IMG/VR virus record: IMGVR_UViG_3300032373_001170
Span: 15,762 to 79,761 of that record
DNA length: 64,000 nt
Reading direction: 5' to 3' (one strand)
DNA from: a virus
Lineage: Duplodnaviria > Caudoviricetes
Part shown: positions 8,834 through 17,182 of the stretch, piece after piece
How the letters are laid out: each line of letters opens with the position of its first letter
How positions within the stretch are numbered: position 1 is the first letter of the stretch
Notes under the pieces: model-generated
What the model saw: only the letters and a program-made list of their open reading frames with translations
What the model was told of the DNA's origin: nothing
Databases searched by the model: none
Position numbers and translations under genes: made by a program

Positions 8834-9739
8834 ATGACACAGATTAACCGAACTGGAAGGGTTGTTTTTGGCGATGTCTCTTTGAGTGTATGGGAAGAAG
8901 GGCTTGGCGGGTCATTGCAAGAGCGCGCAGCCTGGGAAAAGTCTTTTAAAAGACAGGTATTCAAGCGGATCATTCAAACATTAAACCGCATAGGTTGGAA
9001 ATGCGTTATCCCTCAGGATGACATTGATCAGTATGGCCAGCGATTTGCTGAGGGACGACGCTACTGTGTCAAGGGTAATCTGAAAGCCGACTTATCTATT
9101 GCAGGCAGGCACATCGAGCTCAAGATGTTCCAGAATACTAATGCCCCTGATCGCCCAGACCATGAAGGGCGCTATCAGTTCGATAAAGAGAGGCACATGC
9201 CTTACGTAATGCGCCTGGAGATGGAGCGATCCAGGCGGAAGATTAAAGCTTATTTGTGCAATGTATTCTCCGGGTATGAGTTTAAATCTGATAAAAATGA
9301 TGGGCGATCAAATAAATGCGGACCAAGTCACATGACAGCGATGGAATGGCTTGACGGGTGCTACAAGACAAGCTGTCACTTTAAAGGCGACCTAACTACA
9401 TATCAAATTAGTAACTACAACAGAAAGTCAGCTAATGACACTTTATTGAAGCATGGCCAGCGCGTCTGGTTTGCTGATCGAAAAGGGAGAATTTGCACCG
9501 GTATTGCTTACTACAACATTAATAATATGTGGTGGGTGATAACTGGGAAATACGATCATACAAACATGGGCTCACACAAACTCTTCACCGTACAACCTGA
9601 GAACATTCGGCAGAAGCGGAATGAAAGACAGAGAGAGGCAAAACTAAAGAACCTATTAGCTGAATCAGTAGAAGCTATGAAATTCGAGCGATCCGTACAA
9701 CTGCGTGATCTATTGTATCCGGCTGCGATAGCGCCATAA
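8834..9739 (+). CDS. phage hypothetical protein (cassette cargo)
   Basis: GGAGGA RBS before ATG 8834; 301 aa; bounded by attC-like sites. Confidence 0.75.
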   Translation: MTQINRTGRVVFGDVSLSVWEEGLGGSLQERAAWEKSFKRQVFKRIIQTLNRIGWKCVIPQDDIDQYGQRFAEGRRYCVKGNLKADLSIAGRHIELKMFQNTNAPDRPDHEGRYQFDKERHMPYVMRLEMERSRRKIKAYLCNVFSGYEFKSDKNDGRSNKCGPSHMTAMEWLDGCYKTSCHFKGDLTTYQISNYNRKSANDTLLKHGQRVWFADRKGRICTGIAYYNINNMWWVITGKYDHTNMGSHKLFTVQPENIRQKRNERQREAKLKNLLAESVEAMKFERSVQLRDLLYPAAIAP

Positions 9740-9795
9740 CACCCGGCAATAAAGCGCCGACGCTTAAGGAGGTCGCGTTGATTGCTTGGTTATAC
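9734..9795 (-). mobile_element. attC-like site
   Basis: Minus strand GTATAAC-CAAGC-AAT[C]AACG...CTTTATT-GCCGGGT-GTTATGG, with an inner CGAC/GTCG stem. Confidence 0.8.
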
Positions 9796-9814
9796 GAATT
9801 TTGAGGAAGATAAT

Positions 9815-10513
9815 ATGAGAGACTATTTTTATCAAATCAAAGGAAAGGACTCTAGCGAATACGCGAATTCCCCCTGGGCTTGGCCTCCTCTATTTTGCGG
9901 AAAAGTATCCGCTCAAGACAAAAAGGAAGCTAAGCTAATTATTGAAGAAGAATACTGTAGAAAATTCCCTCTTAGAGTGCTTCGTAAAGATTTGGAGCAG
10001 AATCATTACCTGCTAAATATACGGGAGATAGCTGAGAACGACCAGCGGACCCGCGATCTTTTTAATTCTAACGAATGCCAGCAGTGCGGCAAGAAGTTTA
10101 GACGAATCGATCTTTACAATGACCATAACGAATCATATAAAGGTAGCGAATACTGCAGTCAAGAATGCAAGCAGACTTATCTTGAATTAAATCGTGTTGT
10201 TGAGTTGGATGTGACCGGGAATGGTAAGCCGGTAATATACCGAATACGCAACATCAAAACTGATATGTCCTATGTAGGTAAAACCACTCAAGTATTTACA
10301 TTACGTTGGTACCAACATTTCTACCAAGGAGGAGCTTGTAAGTTTCATCAAGCTATAAAAGATTCAAATCTCGACGAATGGGAATTTAGAATTCTGGAAA
10401 TAGTGGATATATCGGATGCGGCTTGTCGAGGTCAACTAATCGCTGATAGAGAGCGTTTCTGGATTAAAACATTAGACACTATTGAATGCGGCTATAACAG
10501 TGCATTCGTATAA
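9815..10513 (+). CDS. Zn-finger plus GIY-YIG nuclease (cassette cargo)
   Basis: CQQC...YCSQEC Zn motif, then VIYRIRNIKTDMSYVGKTTQ..LRWYQH...ERFWI...GYN. Confidence 0.75.
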   Translation: MRDYFYQIKGKDSSEYANSPWAWPPLFCGKVSAQDKKEAKLIIEEEYCRKFPLRVLRKDLEQNHYLLNIREIAENDQRTRDLFNSNECQQCGKKFRRIDLYNDHNESYKGSEYCSQECKQTYLELNRVVELDVTGNGKPVIYRIRNIKTDMSYVGKTTQVFTLRWYQHFYQGGACKFHQAIKDSNLDEWEFRILEIVDISDAACRGQLIADRERFWIKTLDTIECGYNSAFV

Positions 10514-10635
10514 CGAAAAACGTAACCTGTTCACTACCGTAACTTTGAACAGGTAAACGACGATGAATTTTAACCAAGGCAAGCACCACAACGAAACCAC
10601 GCGGTAGTGAATCTGCGTTGACGTGCTTGTTATAT
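10508..10635 (-). mobile_element. attC-like site, 128 nt
   Basis: Minus strand ATATAAC-AAGCA-CGT[C]AACG...GGTTACG-TTTTTC-GTTATAC; inner 10-bp stem TTCACTACCG/CGGTAGTGAA. Confidence 0.85.
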
Positions 10636-10658
10636 TTTTTGAGGTGTGAGGGTGATTA

Positions 10659-10901
10659 ATGATTACTGATAAAATCGAAATATTACACAAGGCCGTGCTA
10701 GATGGTTTTGAAGTCAGGCAGTTTGGCCGAAACAACAACCCGCACATAAGAGCCGAATTGCAAAATTTTAGTACAGGGGAAACCATAGAGTGTAGCTCTA
10801 AAGCAGTCTTGGAGCTTGAGCGAGATAATATGCTAATTCTAGATTGCTGCGCTGGTGGATCTGAATATGCTCTACAGCCTGCATTTAGAAAAGGAGATTG
10901 A
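10659..10901 (+). CDS. hypothetical protein (cassette cargo)
   Basis: 80-aa ORF after GAGG. Confidence 0.55.
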   Translation: MITDKIEILHKAVLDGFEVRQFGRNNNPHIRAELQNFSTGETIECSSKAVLELERDNMLILDCCAGGSEYALQPAFRKGD

Positions 10902-10904
10902 GCA

Positions 10905-11090
10905 ATGCCAACTTACCAAATTGAAAGAGATATCACAGAAGCCAACGGGACTCAGACATTTACAGTCGAGGCAGAAAATGAATTCGAAGCAAGGGAGAAG
11001 TTTGCAGACGGCGCCGGCAAATTGATCGACGAGGAGCTGAATGCCGAAGGGTTAGAACCCGTAGACACATGTGAAGTTTACGAAATATAA
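10905..11090 (+). CDS. small acidic hypothetical protein (cassette cargo)
   Basis: AAGGAG RBS; stop lies inside ATATAAC. Confidence 0.6.
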   Translation: MPTYQIERDITEANGTQTFTVEAENEFEAREKFADGAGKLIDEELNAEGLEPVDTCEVYEI

Positions 11091-11141
11091 CTAATATTAA
11101 AACGCATAAATGCGGATATACACTGCTTTGAGGAGATTTGT

Positions 11142-11402
11142 ATGGCAAAAAAGGATGAAGAGGCTTTGTGGGTGATAACAGATCATGTCTGTCGGTTCTG
11201 TTTTGGTCGAGTTCTCCGGTCGCAAGACGGGGCTTTGGTAAGGTGTGCAGATTGTTCGGCCCAAGTAAAGAATAAAAAAGTAACTGAGTTATGCGCCTGT
11301 GGTCAGGAATATAAAACAGGTGGGCCAGTTGCTTTGAAATGCAAGAAGAATCCAGAGCATATTGTCGGCATCGGTCAAGAAGTCATGGTCGAGCACGGTT
11401 AA
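11142..11402 (+). CDS. Cys-rich Zn-binding protein
   Basis: CRFC, CADC, CACG; GAGGAG RBS. Confidence 0.6.
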   Translation: MAKKDEEALWVITDHVCRFCFGRVLRSQDGALVRCADCSAQVKNKKVTELCACGQEYKTGGPVALKCKKNPEHIVGIGQEVMVEHG

Positions 11403-11453
11403 ATAGTACGTAATTTGCGCAGCGCTATCATTCACTATCGTTCTCTCTATCAT

Positions 11454-11468
11454 TCGTGAAGATACTAT
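11454..11468 (+). promoter_or_regulatory. putative late promoter TCGTGA-N3-TACTAT
   Basis: Recurrent motif; upstream of the terminase genes. Confidence 0.65.
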
Positions 11469-11506
11469 CAAATAAATATTGATAGTACTGATAGCTGAGG
11501 GCGGTA

Positions 11507-12112
11507 GTGGCGGTATCAAAAGAAATTAAGTTACAAGCTGTTAGCGATATCCAGCAGCACTTGAAAAATGTTGGCTCAAAGGATTGGGCCAAATTGAGAG
11601 TGAAGTACAAAGACGTGCCTGAGCCAACGTTTTTTCGATGGGTCAAGGCGATTAAAGAGGGGAAGCTGACAACAAAAAAGCAGGTTAAGTCTCATCAAAA
11701 GCAGATCGAGCGTGAGATGAAATCGGGGAAGCGAGTAGCGAAAGCGCTTCCTGTTGCGCCACCTCCTAGCTACATATCCAAAACCGAAGGCGAAGAAAAT
11801 AACGGCACTGATCTCGTTGATTTTATGACGCAGTATGAGTTTCTGTACAACGATGCGGTGATGCTTCGCGATGCATCTTTCAATGCTGATGGCAAGCTTC
11901 GTAATGCGCGGACGTTTGGTGACTCAGTAAAGCTCAGAACATCTCTACTTGATACAAAGCTGAAGGCCCTAAAGGAAATATGGGATCTTCAGCAAATGCA
12001 AAAATTCTACGAAGTTGTTCTCTTTGAAATACGACAAGAAAATCCGGAGACGGTAAAGCGAATTATTAAGCGTTTGCGCGAAGCCAATGCGCTGCACGGT
12101 ATGTCAGTTTAG
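11507..12112 (+). CDS. putative terminase small subunit (HTH)
   Basis: VPEPTFFRWV HTH-like segment; directly upstream of terL. Confidence 0.5.
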   Translation: MAVSKEIKLQAVSDIQQHLKNVGSKDWAKLRVKYKDVPEPTFFRWVKAIKEGKLTTKKQVKSHQKQIEREMKSGKRVAKALPVAPPPSYISKTEGEENNGTDLVDFMTQYEFLYNDAVMLRDASFNADGKLRNARTFGDSVKLRTSLLDTKLKALKEIWDLQQMQKFYEVVLFEIRQENPETVKRIIKRLREANALHGMSV

Positions 12113-12114
12113 GC

Positions 12115-14133
12115 GTGGCTAGAATCCCGAATTACCAACGCGGTCTTGATGACATGCTTATGGAGCTGGAGCTGGAGACTGGTTATCGCCTAAAAACTGT
12201 TGTTATTCCTCCTGAAATGACATTTAGGGAATGGGTCGAGAAGTTGGGCCGTGAAGGGTTAAAGGTAGATGGAAAGCCGTTCACTCTTGATAATCGCGGT
12301 GCTCTGCACTTTATTTACGATCTTATACCAACCACGATTGAGGAAGCGCATAAAAAACATATTGTGCTGATGAAGGGTGCCCAGATGGGGCTGACGGTGT
12401 GGGAAATGCTCGCTGATATTTACATGGCGATCAAGTTTACACCTTGCTCGATTGGTATGTATGTCCCGTCTTCAATGCTCGCACCATACAAATCAACGCA
12501 TCGTTTCTTACCAGTACTGCGGACTGTCCCAGATGCTTATCAAATGCTGCTTGAATCAGGTAGAGCGGATGGCAGTAAACGCTCAAGCGAAGGTAATGTA
12601 TTAACTCGAGTACTTGGTGATTCAAAACTGTTGTTTCTATGGACTACAGGTAGCGTAGCGACAGAATCATTTCCGCTAGATATTATCAGCTTTGATGAAG
12701 TGCAAGAAATGCTCGTTGCTGACATGGAAAAGGTTATGGAACGGATGTCGGCGTCGGACATTAAGTACGTCATGATGTTGTCTACAGCAAAATGGCCCGA
12801 TTCTGATATTCACTACTGGTATAAGCAGGGCAAGGAATACCAGTTTCATAACACTTGCGGTTGTGAAGGTGGCGTTATCTTGGATGAAGAGTTTCCAGAT
12901 TGCATCCAGTATAACGATGGGAAATACGGTGAAGCGACAAAAGGCGAATATGTATATGCCTGCCCCAAGTGTGGCGAGCATATTCCAGACAATCAAGCTG
13001 GCGAATGGGTTGCAAAATATCCAGAGGCTCATATTGACAGTGCACACCTTCCTCAGTTAATTAGCGCAACGGTCACACCGGGCGAAATGCTTCTGGCATT
13101 CAATAACGCGACTGATATGCAGAACTTTTACAATAGAAAGTTAGGCAAGCCGTTTGCGGATCCATCACAGATACCGATTAACTTAGCCATGCTAAATCTT
13201 TGTGCCGAGGATGGTATGAAGATTGGGTTGAAATGGAAAACGTCAGCAAAAGATACTTACATGGGTATTGATCAGATGGGGGCATTTAATTGTGTAATGA
13301 TTAAAGAACGGTTACCGGACGGGCGTCAAGCTGTCATCCATGTGGAGTCCATCTATCAAAACGATCCTTTTTCCCGGTGCGATGACATAATCAGGGAGTT
13401 TGGCGTGTCAGTTTGCGTCGTTGAAACACTGCCGAATTATAATGATGCAAAGCGGTTTGCTATTAGATGGCCAGGCCGTGTATTTCTTGCTAGTTACAAA
13501 AAACTAGAGAATGATATGATTCAATGGGGTGATGCGAAGCAATCTAAAGCAGACAGAAAAACAGATGAGAACGAACGTGACAGATATACGGTAATGCTTG
13601 ATCAGTACAAATGCATGCAGACATCGATGTCCAGATTTTCAAAACGTCAATGCGTTTTTCCTGATCCGAAAGGACTCTACCAAGATATCCTAGAAAAAGG
13701 TATGAAGAAACGGATTGCGATTCTGCAGGATGAGGTATTCCTTCACTTCACGAAAACTGCGCTAGTAGTAGAAAAAGATCCTGATGAGAAGAAGTTTAAA
13801 CGAAAAGTTGTGAAAGTTGGTATCGATCCGCATTACAGTTATACAAACATGTTGTGCGATGTCGCCTGGGCAAGAGCTCATGGCACGACATCATTCATAT
13901 TAGCTAATGAAACAAGGGAGTTAGATCACGTGCAGGATAAAATTGTTGAAGCTATGCCGGGATTGCCAGCAGAGGTTGTCGATATGCTTGCGGAGTTGTC
14001 TGGCGATGTTTGTGGACGCTGCATTTCGTATGAAAAGGATAAGTCGAAGTGTGAATCGCGAAATCTCTTAGTCAGGGCTAAAGATCCTGGTTGTTTTGAG
14101 TTTATCGTTAATCCTTTTTACTCTAAGACTTAG
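12115..14133 (+). CDS. terminase large subunit (lambda GpA-like)
   Basis: MKGAQMGLT Walker A variant, ISFDEVQEM Walker B, Zn ribbons, MGIDQMG nuclease motif. Confidence 0.85.
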   Translation: MARIPNYQRGLDDMLMELELETGYRLKTVVIPPEMTFREWVEKLGREGLKVDGKPFTLDNRGALHFIYDLIPTTIEEAHKKHIVLMKGAQMGLTVWEMLADIYMAIKFTPCSIGMYVPSSMLAPYKSTHRFLPVLRTVPDAYQMLLESGRADGSKRSSEGNVLTRVLGDSKLLFLWTTGSVATESFPLDIISFDEVQEMLVADMEKVMERMSASDIKYVMMLSTAKWPDSDIHYWYKQGKEYQFHNTCGCEGGVILDEEFPDCIQYNDGKYGEATKGEYVYACPKCGEHIPDNQAGEWVAKYPEAHIDSAHLPQLISATVTPGEMLLAFNNATDMQNFYNRKLGKPFADPSQIPINLAMLNLCAEDGMKIGLKWKTSAKDTYMGIDQMGAFNCVMIKERLPDGRQAVIHVESIYQNDPFSRCDDIIREFGVSVCVVETLPNYNDAKRFAIRWPGRVFLASYKKLENDMIQWGDAKQSKADRKTDENERDRYTVMLDQYKCMQTSMSRFSKRQCVFPDPKGLYQDILEKGMKKRIAILQDEVFLHFTKTALVVEKDPDEKKFKRKVVKVGIDPHYSYTNMLCDVAWARAHGTTSFILANETRELDHVQDKIVEAMPGLPAEVVDMLAELSGDVCGRCISYEKDKSKCESRNLLVRAKDPGCFEFIVNPFYSKT

Positions 14134-14416
14134 CAGGTTTATTTTTGTGTTGCTCAAGTTTTAGTAAAGCACACTGGAGTTCGATAACGTGTGGCCCAGA
14201 GAATACGAGCGGATATCCTTTGGTGAATTGCCTAGCTGCGCTTTTAATTCTAATGCTGAATTCTTTGTTTGATTTGTACTGACAGCGCAACCAGTCTAGG
14301 TAACTGCCAACTTCCAATGGAGGTGACGCCCAGCATGTAACGCCTATTGTCGTGTCTATTTCGTAAGCCTTGATTTTACCGGTCGGAATATCAGGCTTCA
14401 TGTCTATATAGTTCAA
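14123..14416 (-). CDS. hypothetical protein
   Basis: 97-aa ORF, third gene of a reverse mini-operon. Confidence 0.5.
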   Translation of the reverse strand: MNYIDMKPDIPTGKIKAYEIDTTIGVTCWASPPLEVGSYLDWLRCQYKSNKEFSIRIKSAARQFTKGYPLVFSGPHVIELQCALLKLEQHKNKPAKS

Positions 14417-14628
14417 GTGATTGTCGTGTTTTTGCTATCTCTTAGTACTTTGTAATTAGCAATTCCACGCCTTAGCTCGTCAGACCATTTAACCGGGATG
14501 GGGTGGTTGTCGGCTGCGTAGCGATTGATAGCCTCGCTTAATTCAACAAGCCGATCAAATTGAATCATTTCTTTGTGAAGGAATTCTGGCTTAAGCCCAA
14601 CAGTTGGTTTCTTGTGTTTTGATGCCAT
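14413..14628 (-). CDS. small phage hypothetical protein
   Basis: 71 aa, KPTVGLKP...R..EL.EAI.RY...IP..W..EL. Confidence 0.6.
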   Translation of the reverse strand: MASKHKKPTVGLKPEFLHKEMIQFDRLVELSEAINRYAADNHPIPVKWSDELRRGIANYKVLRDSKNTTIT

Positions 14629-14807
14629 TAGGTTTTTCCTCTATTCTCAAATTCGTATTCGTCGCAGTCATATATATCTTCATTACCGACAATACAAGCA
14701 AACACTTTTACCGGGCGCCAGGGCATAGCCCAATCGATATCTTTCACTCCAAGGTATGTAATCCACGCAATAAATACTGCTAGTGGCAGCTGTTGGGATA
14801 GTCTCAT
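14628..14807 (-). CDS. small protein with an N-terminal hydrophobic segment (59 aa, not in track)
   Basis: GGAG RBS; MRLSQQLPLAVFIAWITYLGVKD...; its stop overlaps the next ATG. Confidence 0.5.
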   Translation of the reverse strand: MRLSQQLPLAVFIAWITYLGVKDIDWAMPWRPVKVFACIVGNEDIYDCDEYEFENRGKT

Positions 14808-14841
14808 GGTGTTCTCCGTTTCTTGCGGTATTAATCAAGCG

Positions 14842-14884
14842 AATATACATTCACGACATATTGTAAATGTCGTGAATATAAGAT
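14842..14884. promoter_or_regulatory. divergent pair of putative late promoters
   Basis: Minus TCGTGA-ATG-TATATT (14856-14842) and plus TCGTGA-ATA-TAAGAT (14870-14884). Confidence 0.7.
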
Positions 14885-14891
14885 TCATCAC

Positions 14892-16610
14892 ATGAGAAGA
14901 AACCGTGACGACCCCAGGCAAATATCATTTTTGAATACTGCGCCAGCTGATGAGCGGATGGATGCTCAACGTGAGTTATCTAAATCTCACATGCCGCTCT
15001 CTTCAGAACTGATTCCAAATGAAGATATTCAACGCGTTGTTGACCATATAAATAACATTTATCAAGAACAGCAGATGAATAAAGCGACTGTTATTCCTTT
15101 TCCATCAAGGAAAAAGAAATCATCTCGTGGACTTCAGTCGGTTTACCTGGATGATTTGCAGATATTTGCGCATGGGGAGTACTTTGATAAGCCTTCGCCA
15201 ATGGGTTTTGATGCATTGCGGTCTATGGTTGATCAAACGCCAGTATTAAATGCTGTGATTATGACGCGCATTAAACAGGTTAGTCGTTTTACTCGACCTC
15301 AAGAAGATGATAATGGAACTGGTTTTGTTATTCGTCATAGAGACAAAGATCACAAAGTAACGCCCGATGAGCAGGCCGCGATAATTCAAATTACAAGATT
15401 TTTTAATAATTGTGGCTGGGAGTTCGATCCACGCAAACGACAAAGATTAAAGCGCGATAACTTCACTCAGTTTATGGCTAAGTCTGTTCGTGATTCGCTG
15501 ACAATGGATGCAGCCCCGATTGAAACAGAAATGAAAAAAGATATCCGAAAGGGAATGGATGGGTTCTACGCTGTCGATGGAGCAACCGTTAGGCTATGTA
15601 GTGAATCCGGGTATCGCGGTGACGATGAAATATTTGCACTGCAAGCTATTCAGGGGCAGATACGCACAGCTTACACTTTCAACGATTTAATATATGTTCC
15701 TCGAAACCCTCGCACGGATGTAAAACTTGCAGGTTATGGTCTTGGTGAAACCGAACTGATGATACGAGTTGTTACAGGCTTTCTTAATGCCATGACGTAC
15801 AACATCAAAGGGTTTGATGACAACGCAATACCTAAAGGTATGCTGCATTTGTCTGGCGATTATGACGCCAACGAGTTAGCAGCGTTCAAACGTTATTGGG
15901 CTTCAATGGTCAAGGGAATTAATAACGCGTGGGCAGCACCAGTGATGGTTTCGAAAGATCAAGAAAGCCGTGCAAGTTTTGAGACGTTCGGTAACGAATA
16001 TAATGAAATGCATTTTTCTAAATGGATGACTTTTTTAGTATCTATTATTTGTGCAATTTATTCGATGTCGCCTGATGAGATTAACTTCGAATCTTTTTCC
16101 GCGAATACGTCGTCGATGTCTGGAGAAGATACGGCAGAGAAGTTAGCAAGCTCTAAAGACAAAGGTTTACGACCTTTATTGGCCTACTATGAGTCATTGA
16201 TGAGTGATTACATCTGCTCTGTTTTTTCTGATAAGTATGTTTTCCGTTTTGCAGGGCTTGATCCTGAGGATAAAGAAAAGAAATTTGAAGTCAATAAGCT
16301 AACGATGTCGATTAATGAATTACGTTTAGCAGAAGGGGGCACTAAGGCACCCGGTGCTTGGGGTGATGCTCCGGCAAATCCAACTTTGCTACAAGTGTGG
16401 GTGCAAGAACAGCAAGCTGGTAAGACTGAAGACTTTGGTGCTGTTGATGAGAGCCAACCTGATCAAGAAAACGAAATGGAAAAACATCAAGAAGGGGTGG
16501 GCGGTGAGGATGTAGATGATAAAACGGAGAGTGCTGATAACGTTGGCAGCGGCGGGGATGATTTGGAGTTAAGGAAATCAATACCTGACATATATGTGAT
16601 AGACACATAG
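14892..16610 (+). CDS. portal protein
   Basis: 572 aa after terL; YGLGETE, FDDNAIPKGML, KDKGLRPLL, MSINELR motifs. Confidence 0.85.
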   Translation: MRRNRDDPRQISFLNTAPADERMDAQRELSKSHMPLSSELIPNEDIQRVVDHINNIYQEQQMNKATVIPFPSRKKKSSRGLQSVYLDDLQIFAHGEYFDKPSPMGFDALRSMVDQTPVLNAVIMTRIKQVSRFTRPQEDDNGTGFVIRHRDKDHKVTPDEQAAIIQITRFFNNCGWEFDPRKRQRLKRDNFTQFMAKSVRDSLTMDAAPIETEMKKDIRKGMDGFYAVDGATVRLCSESGYRGDDEIFALQAIQGQIRTAYTFNDLIYVPRNPRTDVKLAGYGLGETELMIRVVTGFLNAMTYNIKGFDDNAIPKGMLHLSGDYDANELAAFKRYWASMVKGINNAWAAPVMVSKDQESRASFETFGNEYNEMHFSKWMTFLVSIICAIYSMSPDEINFESFSANTSSMSGEDTAEKLASSKDKGLRPLLAYYESLMSDYICSVFSDKYVFRFAGLDPEDKEKKFEVNKLTMSINELRLAEGGTKAPGAWGDAPANPTLLQVWVQEQQAGKTEDFGAVDESQPDQENEMEKHQEGVGGEDVDDKTESADNVGSGGDDLELRKSIPDIYVIDT

Positions 16611-16663
16611 GTATGCTGAAGCGACGTAACAGGATAATCGTTTTGTAACTGAGAGAGAAATTA

Positions 16664-17182
16664 ATGATAGTGGACCATTATACAAATAAAGATTCGCATC
16701 TCCAGCAAGACGGTAGGCGGCGCGTAGAGCATGTTTTTGTTGATCACGCGGGGATGAAGTATCTTGACGGTGCTAGGCTGGTCAGTGGTTTATGGGGTGA
16801 GAGTGAATATGCTGCGCAGCGCGAATCAATGGTCGCCACGAAGAATCAAAAGTTGCTAAGTAATGAGTTTTCATTCTATTTGCAGGAGCTTAAAAATAAT
16901 AGAAATCCGTTTCGAGATCCAGAAAATAATCTTGTACCGCCGAAGTATCACTCATTTCAGTCTGCTGTGAAGGCGGTTTCAGATTTTTTAAGAGAGCTGA
17001 GTGGCGATGAGCTTGTCGAGTTTCGTTTTGTTTTTAATCACTTGCTGAATTTGGGCACTGATGACGAATTGATTGCCATCCTAGAGCTAACTTCAGAAGA
17101 GCTGATAGAAATAAGACTACGAGAAGATGTGTTTAAAAGACTTAATAGTGCATTAGCGCCAATGGGGGCGATGAATGGTTGA
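16664..17182 (+). CDS. hypothetical protein
   Basis: 172-aa ORF. Confidence 0.6.
   Translation: MIVDHYTNKDSHLQQDGRRRVEHVFVDHAGMKYLDGARLVSGLWGESEYAAQRESMVATKNQKLLSNEFSFYLQELKNNRNPFRDPENNLVPPKYHSFQSAVKAVSDFLRELSGDELVEFRFVFNHLLNLGTDDELIAILELTSEELIEIRLREDVFKRLNSALAPMGAMNG

Noticed and set aside
16624-16638. ACGTAA-CAG-GATAAT as a late-promoter variant
   Set aside because: Two mismatches in the upstream box and one in the -10; plausible by position but too weak to list.
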